A stretch of 63,504 nt of DNA, filler included, from Reticulomyxa filosa (taxonomy: Eukaryota; Protista; Foraminifera): assembly GCA_000512085.1 (NCBI GenBank). It is 21 parts of 21 records of this genome, joined end to end, with 100 filler letters (N's around TTAATTAATTAA, not from the genome) between each part and the next. Parts side by side here need not be neighbours in the genome. Positions count along the whole stretch, not along the records: positions 49,114 to 51,295 come from ASPP01018062.1; positions 51,396 to 56,550 come from ASPP01024364.1; positions 56,651 to 60,717 come from ASPP01028029.1; positions 60,818 to 62,055 come from ASPP01004257.1; positions 62,156 to 63,504 come from ASPP01003229.1; 16 more parts are not named here. One strand, written 5' to 3'. The translations under genes and the position numbers were made by a program. The notes under the pieces were generated by a model, which worked only from the letters and a program-made list of their open reading frames with translations, made no database searches and had not been told where the DNA came from. Position 1 is the first letter of the stretch. Each line of letters opens with the position of its first letter. Shown piece by piece: positions 49,210-63,372 of this stretch.

Positions 49210-51247
49210 AAAAACTTACCAAAATGCAATAGGCTTGAACATTAACAACAACGCTGGGATAACTCAAAGCATTGTAAATCTTGGCGAATTTTGCGCCATC
49301 TTTGTCTGTGGTTGGATCGAAATACGATGCCAAGAAGTGATAATTTACGTCGCCGCTCTTTCTTTTGACGATTCGGGTGGTGATGGTTAATTCTCTGGAT
49401 GTGCCGTTGGCATGGACGAGATTGAACAAATCTCCGACATGGACGTAGGACCACATAGGACGGGGGATAACATACCTTGGACGGATTAGCGCAAGTGCAT
49501 CTTTTCCGCCTTTGCCTGTTTGCTCGGTTTTCGATGTCGGAGTGGGATTAAAATAGAGCTCCAATCGCTCCTCTTTTACTGCTGATTGGAATGCAGATAA
49601 TGTGTTGGACTGCATGCTGTCTTTGTTCGAAGCACGAACTAATACTTCTTCCAAAGGCACTTTCGTCTCTAATAACAATGGTGACGTCGTTATCACGCGC
49701 AGCTGTTGATGTTGCTGTTTGGCGGACTCATTGACCAGTGTGAGCACCACTTTGACAGGCTCCGTCTTTTGGAGGGGGAGCCCTTTTTTTGAACTCTCGA
49801 AGAACGTCAGGCCGAAAGGGATCTCCACACACTTGCGGATGATCAAGCCGTAGCGAATGCCCTCCATGAATTCCATGCTCTTTACCGCTTTGACCAATTT
49901 GACTGTCTCCGGAGGGATCTTTAAGATATCTTGGAACCTTTCCACACACTTGTCGAGAAGATATTGAACACCAGATGGCTATTGATTAGTCCAACAAAGG
50001 AGAAAAAAAAGTAGAGTTATATATATGTATATATATGTATATATATATGTTTATAGTGAAAAGCAAAAACATTAAAAAAAATAATGATTAACGAGCAAGT
50101 CTTTGTCCGTTGCGCATCCCACATGCAATTGCACGATACACTGAATTGCATGTTCAAAGAGCGAGAGATCGGTGGCATGGAGTGCAAAGTCCCACAGTTG
50201 TTGATATTGCGTATACTCTTCCTTCTTCTTTTTTTTATTTTTATTTTCATTGCCATTACCATCATCACTATTGCTATCACTATCATTGCCAGTGTCATCG
50301 TCGCTGTCATACGCAAGGTCTTGAATATAAATGATTTGCACTTTCACGTCTTGAAACGGAAACACTCTGTCATAGTCATTGTATTTAAAGTGCTGCTTGC
50401 TGCGACCAACAAACACAAAACACTTGAACCAAGTGTCGAATCGTGGCAAGCTCATTTCATGTCCGGTCAAATACAGGCATTTGGTCAACAAGAACTGCAG
50501 CGCGTGGATATCTTGAAACACTCCAAAGCCACTGCTACTCTGATTTTCATTCGTCGGAATGCAGTCTCCAATCCACTGCATCAATATGTTTATCAGCTCT
50601 TGTCCTTGCGACGGCTCCTGTATCCAAATAACAAACAGAGAATTAGAGTCACTCTTTCTTTCTTCATAAACAAGAAATAAATATATATATATATATATGT
50701 ATATATATGTATATGTAATGTTTATTTCAAAACTGCTTTGGAAGCAAGTTCTCCGAAAATATCAAATAATTGTCGGATCAAAGTAGAATTCAATTTATGC
50801 TGTGGACTGGACTCCGACAACACAATGCGAATTAGCTTGAGTCGTTTGGCAATGGAACTGTGCACTGCGAACAAAGGCTGTTTCAGAATTGCCTTAGTGG
50901 TGGACTGAGAAGAATCTCTTTGCTCCATCGACATGGTCTTCAAGTGCGAAAACAATAGTTTGATCAAGGAAGAGTTTTTCCACTTCTCCATCACACGTTC
51001 GTTCAATAGACTTAAGTGCTGTTCAAAAGGCTCTTTTTTGGTGTGACCAGGATAGCTCCAAAAGATCCCATTCAAAAAATCGTACACGTCATCTGACTCC
51101 TTTTCGTACTCATCGCTTTCGCTCTCACTCTTATTCTTGCTCTTGCTTTTGGCCATCGTATTTATACTTGCGCTACGCTTCTTTGTCGTCTCTACAATCC
51201 AGTCAAAACATTCCAAGGCGGCGTCATGCCACTTTGGAGCAAATTTC
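49210..51247 (-). CDS. Internal exons of a large helical-repeat protein, possibly a USP9X/USP24/USP34-like deubiquitinase
   Basis: HSSIAKRLKLIRIVL..LIRQLFD, FDTWFKCF and LWDFALHATD..FEHAIQCIVQL resemble the ARM region of large USPs. No catalytic domain seen. GT-AG introns. Confidence 0.45.
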
Positions 51248-51395
51248 CTTTTTTTTTTTTTTTTTTTTTTTTATTTTTTTTAGGAATAAGATTTGNNNNN
51301 NNNNNNNNNNNNNNNNNNNNNNNNNNNNNNNNNNNNNNNTTAATTAATTAANNNNNNNNNNNNNNNNNNNNNNNNNNNNNNNNNNNNNNNNNNNN

Positions 51396-51439
<44 letters not shown>

Positions 51440-53272
51440 GTTTGTTTCATTCAATAATAATTGAATTTGGGAAATATTGTCTTTTAAGCTATTTCGCATA
51501 GTCATCACTTTGCGCGTGAATTCGATTTTATTGTCAGTTGACTCGACCATTCCGTCTTGCTTGTCGTCGTCGTCATCGTCATTGTCATCGCCGTTGTTAA
51601 TGTCCACGTCGGTGTGCAGGTTCGCATGGACGCCACCGTTGACGACGATACGGCTTTTGTGCTGTGCACTTGGGACGGACCGTTCCTTCGCGACCAAGGT
51701 GGAAGGCACAGGCGCAGGAGGCATTGGCGCAAAAGTCTTTTTGCCGCTCTCGTTTTCGACAGACCCTTTTTGTTTCGTCCTTTCTTTTTTGGTATTCCAT
51801 TTTTCATTGACTGCAGCCAGTCCATTGTCATTGTCGTTGTCATTGTCATTGTCATTGTCATTGTCATTATTGTCATTTGTAATCAAGTATTGATGCTGAT
51901 GTTGATATTGAGGTTGTTGTTGGTATTCCATTTCCTTTTTTTTCGCTTTGGACTTGTCTTTTTTAGTCTTGCCTTTATCTTTATCTTTGTCTTTGTTTTT
52001 GTCTTTTTTTGCTTTCGACTTGGATTTCGACTTGGAAATGTGTGAATTGGAACTGTTTTTTTCGTTCAAGTCGGATTTGCGCATCATGTCCACCGAGATG
52101 TAGTCATTGGCCTGTGGCTCCGCCACCAGTAGCTTGTTGGTCAAATACGAGACTTTGGCCGTCGGTGTGTCCCCGTCTTCGCTTGTCCATTTCCCTGAAG
52201 TGTCCTTTTCATTCCCGCTGTCATTGTCGTCCTCATTATTATCGTTGTTGTTACCGTTGTTGCCATTGCCATGGTTATTATCATTATCATTATCATTATC
52301 ATTGTCATCATCATTGTCATTGTCATTGTTATTGTTATTGTTATTGTTATTGTTATTGTTATTGTCATTGTCATTGTCATTGTTATTGTTATTACCATTA
52401 TCATTCCTATTCCTATTCCCATTCCCATTTCCATTTCCATTCCCATTGGCATTGACATTGTTCCTATCCCAGTCTTGGCCATATGGCATCTGGACCTGGA
52501 TGTAGTGTTGGTCTTCATCCGTCGTCTTTGTTTTAGTTTTCATTTTTGGCTTGGCTTGATTCAAGGCTTCCGACGAATTGCTAATTTTTTTTTTTTCTCT
52601 TTGTCTTTGTCTTTCTCTTTTGATTTGTTCTTGTTTTTTTTATTCTTAATTTTATTCTTATCTTTGTCTTTACTTTTTTTGGTCTTTGTTTTGTTCTTGT
52701 TTTTCTTTTTGTTAAGTTCCGACGACATGGGCGATCCTTCTTCATACGATTTCTTTTTCTTCACTGTGTTCATGTCGTTTCGAACGTATTCTTCTTGTTC
52801 TTCATATGCTTCGTCATTTTCATCCTCTTCATCTTCTTCCATTTCCTGTCTTAACATTTGTCCTTGGGTTTGGACTTGCATATACACTTGTCTCTGTTGA
52901 CCTTGACCTTGACTTTGACCTTGACCTTGGCTTTGGGGTTGAAATAGAATGTGCCCTTGCTCGTCATCTTCGTCCAATATTGGTGCATTATTACCTCGTC
53001 TTATCTTCTTCTCATTCGATTCCCATGGACGGTTGTCCCACTCTTGGTGGTGCGATCTGTCTTTTTCACTCCTCATCACTTCACGTGCTCGCACTTCCAT
53101 TTCATCGCCTACTCTCATCTTCGCGTCAGGTCTGCTCTCCTGTCCCTGCTCTTTCGTCTTTGTTTTTGCCACACCATGAAACGTATTCCTAGTCTTTTTT
53201 CACATTTTTCTTTGCGGCGGCATTCGGAGAAGAACGAATATCGTCGACATCTTCTTCACTTGTTTCTGTCAT
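51396..53272 (-). CDS. Low-complexity N/D/K/Q-rich protein, 5' part (frameshifts in A-runs)
   Basis: MTETSEEDVDD... followed by ORFs 52561-53172 and 51396-52564, with (ND)n, (KD)n and (QG)n tracts. No domain recognised. Confidence 0.55.
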
Positions 53273-53572
53273 ATGTGTAAAGCGTGGCTTTTTTTTTTTC
53301 TTCTGTTTTTTTTGTCTTTCCCTCGTTGCAAATAGAGGATTTTTAATCTCTTCTTTCCTTTTCTTCTTACTTCTGTTATTGCCAATATCTTTTTGCTTTT
53401 TTTAAAAAAAAAAAATTGAGAAATGCAAACGTTCTGTAACCGACATGAAAAAGTTTGTTTGAAACTAGTTACAAAAAAAAGGGGGAAACAAAATAAAAAT
53501 ATCACTTTGTTTCATCATCAGCTTGTTTTGTGCAGTGCAAGACAGTGAATAAGAAAAAGCAAAAAAACATCA

Positions 53573-55018
53573 ATGAGCCGCATAATAAGTCGTGCAATAA
53601 CTCAAATGAGGTATTCGGCCATGTCTGGTCTGGACGACAGTCTCAGAAGCCTGCCAAGGATATCAAATAGTCCATGGAAAGGAAAGATGCAAATGGTTTG
53701 TTCAAAGCGATGGTTGGGTTCTTCAGTGTCGATGAGAACTGAGAATGAAGGAGAGCTTTGGAACGCAGGTCAAAAAGAAAAAGAATAAAAGTGAGGGAAA
53801 AGGGGGGGGGGAGTAGAGAAGAAGGAAAAAAAAAAAAAAAAAGAAGGGGTTTGCCAAAAGTACATTAAAAAAAAAAAAGAAAATTTCTTTATAAAAAAAA
53901 AAAAAAATGTAGAAACACTATTAAGAAAGAATTTGGCAATCGAATTGCGAGAGAACTGCGAATGTAACGAATGCAGTTTGAAATCGAAGGCGACGAAGCA
54001 AAGAAAAGGGACGGAGAGAATAAAAGAGGACGTGATGGTAATGGAGCTGAAGGACGAGGGCGACAAGATAAAGATGCGATGGAGCGACGGTCATGAAGGA
54101 TGGATCGGGAAGGAGAAGAGCAACAAGGGCGTGAAGATGAACGAGTTGGGAGAGGAAGTCGACAGCGAAGAGAAAGAGAAGAAGAAGTACGTATTGTGGG
54201 ATGGGAAGACGATTGGTGGACAGGAGCACGACATTTCGTTTGACTACAACGAGTTGATGAAGGATGACAAGCAAGTGGTCGACATGATCGAAAAGTTGGA
54301 AAAGTTTGGAATCGTCAAAGTGAAAAAATCATTTGGCACGGTTGGCGCAGCCAAGATCATTGGCAAACGCATCGGGTTAATTCGATCCACCATTTATGGT
54401 GACTCGTTTGTGGTGACGAGCAATCGAGAACTGCTGTCGACAGAATCGCAAGCATTCACCAACAATGACTTGCCTTCGCATACGGATCTGCCTTATTATC
54501 AAATGTCTCCCGACATTTTCGTGTTCCATTGCATTCAAAACTCGATCCAAGGAGGGGACTCGTACTACGTTGATGGCTTCAAAATTGCCTACGATTTCCA
54601 AGCCCTGTTTCCTCAACACTTTGACATCCTCACTTCGGTCAAAGTCCCCTTTCGAAAAAACTTTACCGATAAAGGCTTTGATCTGATTAGTAATCATCAC
54701 ATTATTGAACTCAATCCTCGCACTCATTCCATTCAAAGAATACACTTTGACGAAGGCAATCGTCAGTCGCTCAACTGGAATCTTCCTTTGGATGAAAAAC
54801 GAACCTTTCATGCCGCTTTGGATGCGTTTCGCGCCTTTGTTGCTCTCCCTTCCTTCCGCTTTCAGTTTCAAATGACACCCGGCGAAATCACCGTCTTTGA
54901 TAATCGACGCGTTTTGCACGCTAGAACTGCTTTTGTTGGCACCAGAATCATGGAGGGATGCTATCTTGACTGGCCTTCGATCAATGCTGTTTATCGCTCT
55001 TTAACTGCCAAATCTTGA
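53573..55018 (+). CDS. Gamma-butyrobetaine dioxygenase-like Fe(II)/2OG dioxygenase (TauD/BBOX/TMLHE family)
   Basis: Mitochondrial-presequence-like exon 1. Zn domain LRENCECNEC..WSDGH, HTDLPYY, GGDSYYVDGF, FDNRRVLHARTAF..R.MEGCYLD. Confidence 0.9.
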
Positions 55019-58000
55019 TCCATCGTTTCTATTCTTTCTTTTTTTCTATTTTTATTTTTAGTTTTATCAATGCTTTTTTTTATTTGATTTCGTGGTTGGC
55101 TTGTTCGGTGCATGCACAAAACATACATCCAAACAAGGCATCCTTTTTTTTTTTAATTTTTTTCCAAATGTGAATTCGACTTGGAAAAGAAGTGGAAGGA
55201 AATATTGTTTGCGCGTATGGTTTTTTTGTTTGTGATGGTGTTTTGGTCCGCTCTTTTTTTTTTTTCTTCACTCACAGTTATCGACTGTTTTTCAATTAAT
55301 TCACTTTGCTAAAAAATTAAATGCGCAATTGTCGGAGAAATAAGCAGTGTTGCGATAAACATACGTCGTTTAACAAGTCAAATTCTGCTATCGTTTCTGG
55401 AAGGGACCAAGTTTTTTGAGAGAAGAAAAATCGCAATGTGTTTCACAATTTTATTTTTCGATTATTACCAATGGGATTTGCAAATAATCATTGACAAGAA
55501 AAGGTCAATGCTTTGGCGTTTTTAAGATTGAACATGAATTTGTAACATGTTAAAATTATAACACAGTCCTTTTCTCTTTTTTCGCTTTTTTAAGCAGTGT
55601 TTTTCTGATGAATTTTCATTGCGTGGAAAAATTTAAAAAGTTTGCGGATGTGCTATCGAATCCATTTAATTTAAATGCGAATGGTAAAAGTCAATTCAAA
55701 ATTTAAAAATCAAGCAATCACAACTTTGTTTGTTTTTTTTTAAGTAAACGAAACATAAAAATTTGTGCGGATTGCGCAAGAAATTTTGATCATATAAAAT
55801 AATTAATAAAACAGTCTTACAAATAATGACTTGAAAAGCTTCTTTATTTCACAACAATAATATAATAATAAAATTTTTGGACGAAAGAAAAAATAACTAA
55901 TTAAACGAAAAAATATTACATGGCAGTAATAATGTGTTAACTTTCATTGGAATGTCGTGTCAAGAGTTAAACCACAATAGCGATAAAAAAAAACATGCAA
56001 ATACATTGCTAAGATATATAGCTTTCAATTATAGTATTGCATTAAAATGCAAATCTATTATCAAAAATAGAAATGACTTTTAACTTCTGCTTACAATCGC
56101 TTGATCATCATATACAAATAGTTAATTGAATGCTGAATAAAAGTTTAAGTTTTAATAATGAATTTCTCTTTTAATAAATTACAAAACGTAAATATAATAA
56201 AACAACACCCAGAAATATGACTTCACACAACATTTGCGCTCAAATATCACTAATCTGGGCACAAAACCATAAAAAAATAAAATAATATCAAGTCGTAGTT
56301 TTTTTCAAAAAAAAATTTAAACATAAATTTTTTTTTAATAAAAGTAATGATCTGGTTTGAAAGGTCCATCTTATTTGATTCCTAAATATTCGGATTGCTC
56401 CTTGCTCAATGGGGTTAATTTGGCTCCCAATTTGTTCAAATACAAAACGAGCAACTTTTGACAAAGTATAAACACAAACTTTGTATTTTCCATTGCTCTT
56501 ATTTTTCCACAAATCAATTTGAGCAATCACTTGGTTGGTGAACGAACAAGNNNNNNNNNNNNNNNNNNNNNNNNNNNNNNNNNNNNNNNNNNNNTTAATT
56601 AATTAANNNNNNNNNNNNNNNNNNNNNNNNNNNNNNNNNNNNNNNNNNNNTTTCCCTTTTTAGAAAAAGTTCTCTTGTGCTTCACGAATGTGGTTTTAAC
56701 TCTTCTCTCTTCAAACAGCCTAACAAGCCAAACGTAGACAACATGGAGAGTTTTTTCACTAATGTATTCCTCTGCAAAATGCAACAGCTGCCGAAAAAGA
56801 AAGAAAACAGCCAGTGTACGCCCAAAACAACACCAATCGAAAAAAAAAATACTGTCATCACGGCCAAAACAAGTAGTTTTTTCTCTGTTTTTTCGTATTC
56901 GGTATCACACCTTTTTTCCATTGATGATATTCCAAAAACAGGATATCTTCTCTTGACTGTGAAGATAAATGTACAACGTCAACCTGAATGTTGCCAATGT
57001 CAGAAGATGTCACAATAAGCAAGCGTACAAGTAAATGTATACACAATCAATCCGATGATACTGGGCATGTAAATCTTCATCAGCACTAAAAAAAAAAGCG
57101 ACTTGTTACAATCGCAACAAAAATATTTGACAAATTAAAATTTCTGAACATTCCAGGGGTGAGGATCGGATTGACAAATCCATTTTTTTTTTTGCGTCGA
57201 TGATGCAAAAGTAGGTGCAAAGGAGGGGAAACAACGTATACAATAACTTGTCAAAACACACCTTTTTTGGGGGGAACACATTATTTTATAAGAACATTTT
57301 GGATTGAAACTGTTTAGGGTTTTAGGTTGCCAGATACTGTTGCAAAAGTGAACAGTTTGTCGTCATCGAACTCAACGAACGGGACGAAAATACGGACGAT
57401 GGATCGAAAAATGGAAAGTGGTACCTTAGTTGCAAAACTGGACGAGGACTCAAGGAAATTGGTAAGGTTTTGAAAGTCCCTTCCAATCTAAAAATATTTC
57501 GACCTGATTATTTTTTTAACGGAGAATACAATCCACGAACGGGCAACAGGATCGGCATGGAAGAGCGGCTCAAGATTTTGGAATAAAAAGAAAAGGGTTG
57601 CAAAAAGAGGAATTTAAAAAGATTGAAAAACGCAAGTGAATGATCGTATTGAAATAGCTGCGGACGAACAGGTTTATTTTAATAATAATTTATGATTTAT
57701 TTTGTTTATTCAAATGAATAAATGACAAAAATATGTACAAATATAATACATGTATACATATATAAAATGAACGGTTCGACTTGTATTTGAATAACTTTTC
57801 GGCCAATGCCATGGACGACACAGTCAAATGGTTGCAACGATTCGAGTGAGCAGAGCCTCTCATTATAACGAGAGTTGGACACGTGGGATCCCAATGCCAA
57901 CGACGGAACATTTAATGAACGCACTCTGTTTCAAATCAAAATGGGCAGGTTTAATATTTGATTTTTATGAGAATTTTTGCATTTGTTAAGCAAGTTTTTT

Positions 58001-58253
58001 GGTGCACAATAAGTTGATTTTGATAGCACCGCATTAACTGATTTGTTGGGATTACTTTTTAAGTTAGTAAAAGACTAGTTGTAATGAAAGATGGCAAAAA
58101 TTATATTTGAAGATTTTACTTGCGAATAAAAGTCCAAGATTCAACTGAATATGTCACATTTTTTTGGTTTGTTTGCATCATCGAAAGATTGCAATGTGTA
58201 GCAAAAATGCATTCAATAATAGTATGCAATAAAATAATGTAATGCAATTTAAT

Positions 58254-59789
58254 TCAATTCCAAAATAACAAACAAACAAAAAAATCAACACAAAAGCGGA
58301 ATGGATTGAGTAGGTTTAACATTTCTCTTTTTTCGAAGCAAAGAAATGTTTTGGATCGAATGTTTAATTTTTGATGTAACTTATTGGAAGTGGCCGAGTG
58401 TAGAGGAAGAGAAGACTGCGACGAAGGCTGCAAAGAGGTCTTTTTGGGCCGGAATTGATCTCGACCACGATGTCTCATATTTTCGCTCGTGGCCTTTGTC
58501 CATTTGCCTTGATCGAATTTGGCTATCTCAGCGCCTTTCAACTTATTTTTCTGCCGTATCACACGCGATTTTTTAATGGCAAAAAAATCCTTAACATTAT
58601 TCAATTGATAGTATTCCTTAAGTTTTTTTTTGTCATAAATATTGGAAACAGGCTGATCATTATACGTATCAGCCAGCTCTTTGCTGTTAAGCAAAAGTCG
58701 ATACTACGATATTTCTTCCGCAAAAATTTGGACGAATAATAAATCGTGTTGAACCCGTCTTTCCCTTTCGCTTGAATCCAGTCACGCATGTGATGTGGTG
58801 TGTTTTCTTTATACTGTTTGTGTTGCAGCGCTGTCAGCCGATCAAACTCAAACATGAATTTGTCCACTTGTTGTTCCATTTTGGCCAAGTTCTTTGAACT
58901 CGAGTGTTCATATTCGGAGAATATTTCTATTAAAAAAAAAAAGTTCACAGTTATATATGTACATGTATGTAGCCCTTTTTTTTTAAAAAAAAACAAAAAA
59001 AACAAACCGTCTTTTCCCAATAAAATGGACCCCTGATAAAAGGTCTGCACAATAGTGGACGAGTCAAAGTGCATCGCAGTTCGAACGAACTTTGATGATG
59101 TGAAATGTGAGGACGGCGAAGCGGTCCAAGATAGACAGAGCAGTGGAAACATGACCGGCGTGTCGCTGATTGGAAGACACGACGTCGCTGTTGAGGTTGT
59201 CATGTAAAAAAGAAGGTGTCTTTTTTTTTTGACATAGTGAGCCCTCTTTTGCGGTCGCACGACTTTCCTCGTCGGATCTGTGATTTGGCATTTGCTGACC
59301 TCGCCGAAACAGCTGAACATGTTGCGCATGTCTTGTTTGCTCCACGATAATGGCATGCTCCATGTGCAAAGGCTTTTGCAGCTGTTTAGCATCACGTGCA
59401 TTTGCTTCAATTGGATTGTCTTGCTTCGCTGCTGTGATTTCAAGCTCTCCAATCGCTTCAATTGTTTGTCTGTTAACTGTCGACTGTACCATATCTTGCG
59501 TGTCTCTCTTTTCTTTATTATCTTTGGTGTTCTCGTTTCCCAAGGAATTTTCTTTTTTGCTATCAATTTGTCAATATCTGCTTCCATTTCTTCTCTTTGT
59601 TGTTGTTTCCAGATAGCTGCCAAACGCTTCTTCCAGTACCTTATCCACCAACTCGTTTTGGTACTCTTCTTCAATGTCATTATAACGCTCTTCTGAAGCG
59701 GAGGCAGAGTCCTCTTCTTCTTTTGCTGCTTCAATAAATTTATGCTCTTCTTTTGCTGCTTCAATAAATTTATTCTCTTCTTTTGACAT
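58254..59789 (-). pseudogene. RRP7-like rRNA processing protein with several frameshifts (pseudogene or sequencing errors)
   Basis: RRM-like MPLSWSKQDMRNMFSCFGEV..RFAVLTF, then MEQQVDKFMFEFD, DGF, KKKLK..KDFF and QFRP, matching the Rrp7 C-terminal pattern. 30-bp tandem duplication near the start. Confidence 0.65.
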
Positions 59790-62155
59790 GATATAAGATT
59801 ATCTATTGTACACGTTGTCCCCCTTTCCAGAATTTTTTGGCTTTGTTGAATTTGAAGGAAACTATTTTAAAGTTCCACAAACGATATCTCTTTTTTATAT
59901 TTTCATTCGATACTATACTGCAAGAGGATATCATACATGAGAATGAGCAAAGAGTTCTTGAGCAGTTCTAAATAAATTCAATTATATATTTTTGAAAGTC
60001 AAGTGAACAAAAAAATAAAACGAGTAAAGTTATTAACTTTCAAAAAAAAAAAGAACACCAAGATCAACAGTTTTCGAATTTTTCCGTTGAAACATCATAA
60101 CCACACTCCTCTTTTATCCCTTTTTAAAAATTTGATTGGATGCACAACAACAACAGATCACGTCGTATTACACTTCTCTCATCCAAACAAAAACACATAT
60201 CTACACATATTTGAACAGATACAAAGCACTCGAACATGCATCGTTTCAAGTGGAGGCAAAATATCATCATTGATAAGTTCTATTGTTCAGCAAAAAAACA
60301 TTGAGGTTGAAGTTACTATAGGCATTATTGTGTCTGATTCGAAACTCCTTATGTGAAAAGAACGGAACAAAAAAAAATCACATCTAATACCTGCATAACT
60401 ACTAGACACTATTTCTGTTTTCGTGCGTTTCAGCTCCTTTTGTTTATTCCAAAAATTTCGAGCAAACCTGAGAAAAAGTCATTTCTACCGGTCTCAAAAA
60501 TTTGCTCACTTCATACGTTTATCTTGTGTAAAATCTTGCACTTTATTTTCCTCGATTATGGGATGATTTGATATATCTATTTTCCCCGTTTTTTTTGTTG
60601 CATTTTTGAGCTTTTGGAGAGCATTTATTTTCAAATTGCAAACTTAAGATCAATTCACTCGCTTAACAACAATAACAATATTATGCGTAGGAGTGTCATG
60701 GCTCCTTCACACCATTGNNNNNNNNNNNNNNNNNNNNNNNNNNNNNNNNNNNNNNNNNNNNTTAATTAATTAANNNNNNNNNNNNNNNNNNNNNNNNNNN
60801 NNNNNNNNNNNNNNNNNTTTTAACTGTCAAGACTACAAATGTTAGCAATTTTTAATGATTTTTTTTCTTCTGGAATAATTATAATTTATTGGTTTGTATA
60901 ACAACTAGAACATTTGCGACAATATGGAGATAGAAATGCAAAATTTCAATTGGTAAACTAACGAATTAGACTAATTCATCATTATTAAAACCTATTGATT
61001 GACAAATTTCTATTATGCTCCTGTTCTTTCTTGGAAAAAAAAAGATCTTTATGTCGATGATATAAGGGAAAGGATATGTTTGACTATCTGTTTTTCTCTA
61101 TTTCCTAGACATATTGAAACTACACAAATCTACTTTATATAACTCTATACATTCACTGCATAATCAATGGTTTTAATAAAAAAAATATGATAATTGTAAT
61201 ACAAATGCAGTGCCTAAACAAATATTTAAAATTTTTTTGAGAAAATGAATATCAAATAATCTCTTATTTTCTTTGTTGTGAGATCAAAAGGAAAAGAAAA
61301 AGCTTAGCTGCTGTCTACTTAGATTATTTCTACCTTGTTACGAAAACAAAATTATTACAGATAAAAAAAGTAAAAAAATGGAACCAACTCCTTTTACGAT
61401 ATTTTATCCAATATTATTTTTATTTGCTTGTAGAAGGAGATGAAGAAATAAGAAAACGCAATTTTGGGAAATTTTTAAAAGTATTTCTTATTACAAATCC
61501 ACTATAGCAAAGTATTGGAGGGGACAAGTTCTGTCGAATCAAAAAAACACTCTAAACTGCGTTGCTTCCTTTTCCTTTAGTGTTGGCACTTTGTGTTTTC
61601 CTACTGTTTAAAGCTCTCATATTGATATCCTTTCTAAGGGTAAATAACTCACGCACTTACACTTATGAGAAGCTTGTCGTTACGACAAGACAGATTCTAA
61701 CTTCATATTATCAATACCTTTATTAATGTCAATTCTGTCATGTTCAAAATGACAAAACCTAACCTGATATAAATTGTTACTGATAGTCATTCACATGGAT
61801 TTTTGAATAAAAAATAAAAATTGTGACAATAATCGTTTTTGAGTTATCACAAACTGTTTTTTGCCAACAAATCGAAAGTCTTAATACAACAATAGTTTTG
61901 GAAGCAATATGATAGTGATAGAATGATAACATACAAATTATTAAAAAATAGATTATGATGTATCTTGTTGTCATCGGACTTAGCAAAGAAATGTTTCTAA
62001 ATTTTTATAAAAACGTTTTTATCTTTGTCCTTAAAAAAACGCATACTCCATTTTCNNNNNNNNNNNNNNNNNNNNNNNNNNNNNNNNNNNNNNNNNNNNT
62101 TAATTAATTAANNNNNNNNNNNNNNNNNNNNNNNNNNNNNNNNNNNNNNNNNNNN

Positions 62156-63372
62156 TTCCAGTTGTTTCTCACTCGCTTTTGCTGCAATTATACCAAGTGT
62201 TTTTGCACATGCTAAACGATCCTGTTTATTTGTATATTTTGACCCATGAATGAAAGCACTGAAAACTCTATGCAATTGTTTGTCATTCAATGTTGTTGAA
62301 ATTGTTTTAAGTGATTGTTTATATAATGCACGAATACATTTATTTTCATCTTTTGATCCATCCAAAAATTCGAAAACATCCTCCAATTACTTTTTATTTA
62401 ATTTCATTAAAATATATCCAATAGATTCTGCATACAATTTTCGATTTTTTTCATTGCTACCTTTGAGTTCATTGATCAAACAATGTGAAAACAGAATCAA
62501 TTTGTGTTTCATTCAATTTCATTGCAATTCTTTCAACTAAATGTCTGGATGTATTACAATCATATCCATTTTATTTTGAAATCCATCAATCAAAATTTAA
62601 AATAATATCCAATTGTTTATCTTCCATTTCTTTGAAAGTGTTACAAGTGATCTTACACATGAGTATTGAACATCTGCTTTACTGTCTTTTAATCCATTTT
62701 TGAGACATTGAAAAGCATCACCGAAATGTTTTCCATTTAGATTCACTGCAATTGTTTCAAGTAATTCTGTATATCTTCCACGCACATCTGCATTATTATT
62801 TTTATCATTTAACTTATCCATACAATAATTCAATGCAATGTTCATTCGTTTTTCATCCAATCTCTGTGCAATCCTTTTAAGTAGATACTTGAATCTACTA
62901 ATGAAATAATTAAAAGCATGATCGAATTGTTTAGCAAATTTCACTGTCATTGTCTCAAGTGCTTCTATATACCAATCATTTTTATTGAATATGTCTTTTA
63001 AAGAATTGAAAGCATCATTCAATTGTTTTTCATTCCATTTCGTTGAGAGTTTTTCAAGTAATTCTGCGTATCTTCCACGATTATATCCATTTTCCTTTTC
63101 ATCGGATAATCGATTAATCGAACATTGGATGACGTCACCTAATTGTTCTGCTTTCAGTTTCATTAGAAATTGAGTCGCATCTGTTTTATCCAAAAAATTT
63201 CCTGTTTTATGGAAATATGAAGGAAACCTATGAATGAAAAATTGGAATGCATTATCCAACTGTCTTCCTCCCAATTGTGATGAAATTGTTGCAAGTAAGT
63301 GTGCATATTTATTACAAATTGTAATTGTTCCACTCTCAAAGGCGTTCAAACACTTTATTCAATTGTCTCTCA
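62156..63372 (-). pseudogene. HEAT/armadillo-like repeat array, frameshifted
   Basis: Repeated [L/W]NEKQL..[A/V]F.CL...L.D...VR..CA..L.TI units, broken across frames by frameshifts and stops. Confidence 0.75.

Noticed and set aside
49114-53272. Low-complexity gene and USP-like exons as a single gene
   Set aside because: Same strand and similar composition, but on different contigs. No evidence of continuity.
57313-57326. TTTAGGGTTTTAGG telomere-like sequence
   Set aside because: Only two imperfect units, expected by chance.
60818-62055. AT-rich contig examined for RNA genes or coding relics
   Set aside because: No tRNA, rRNA or protein motif recognisable by eye.
7540-62155. Twenty identical TTAATTAATTAA motifs flanked by N runs, resembling a repeat array
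   Set aside because: Artificial six-frame-stop linkers between concatenated contigs. Not CRISPR or a biological repeat.
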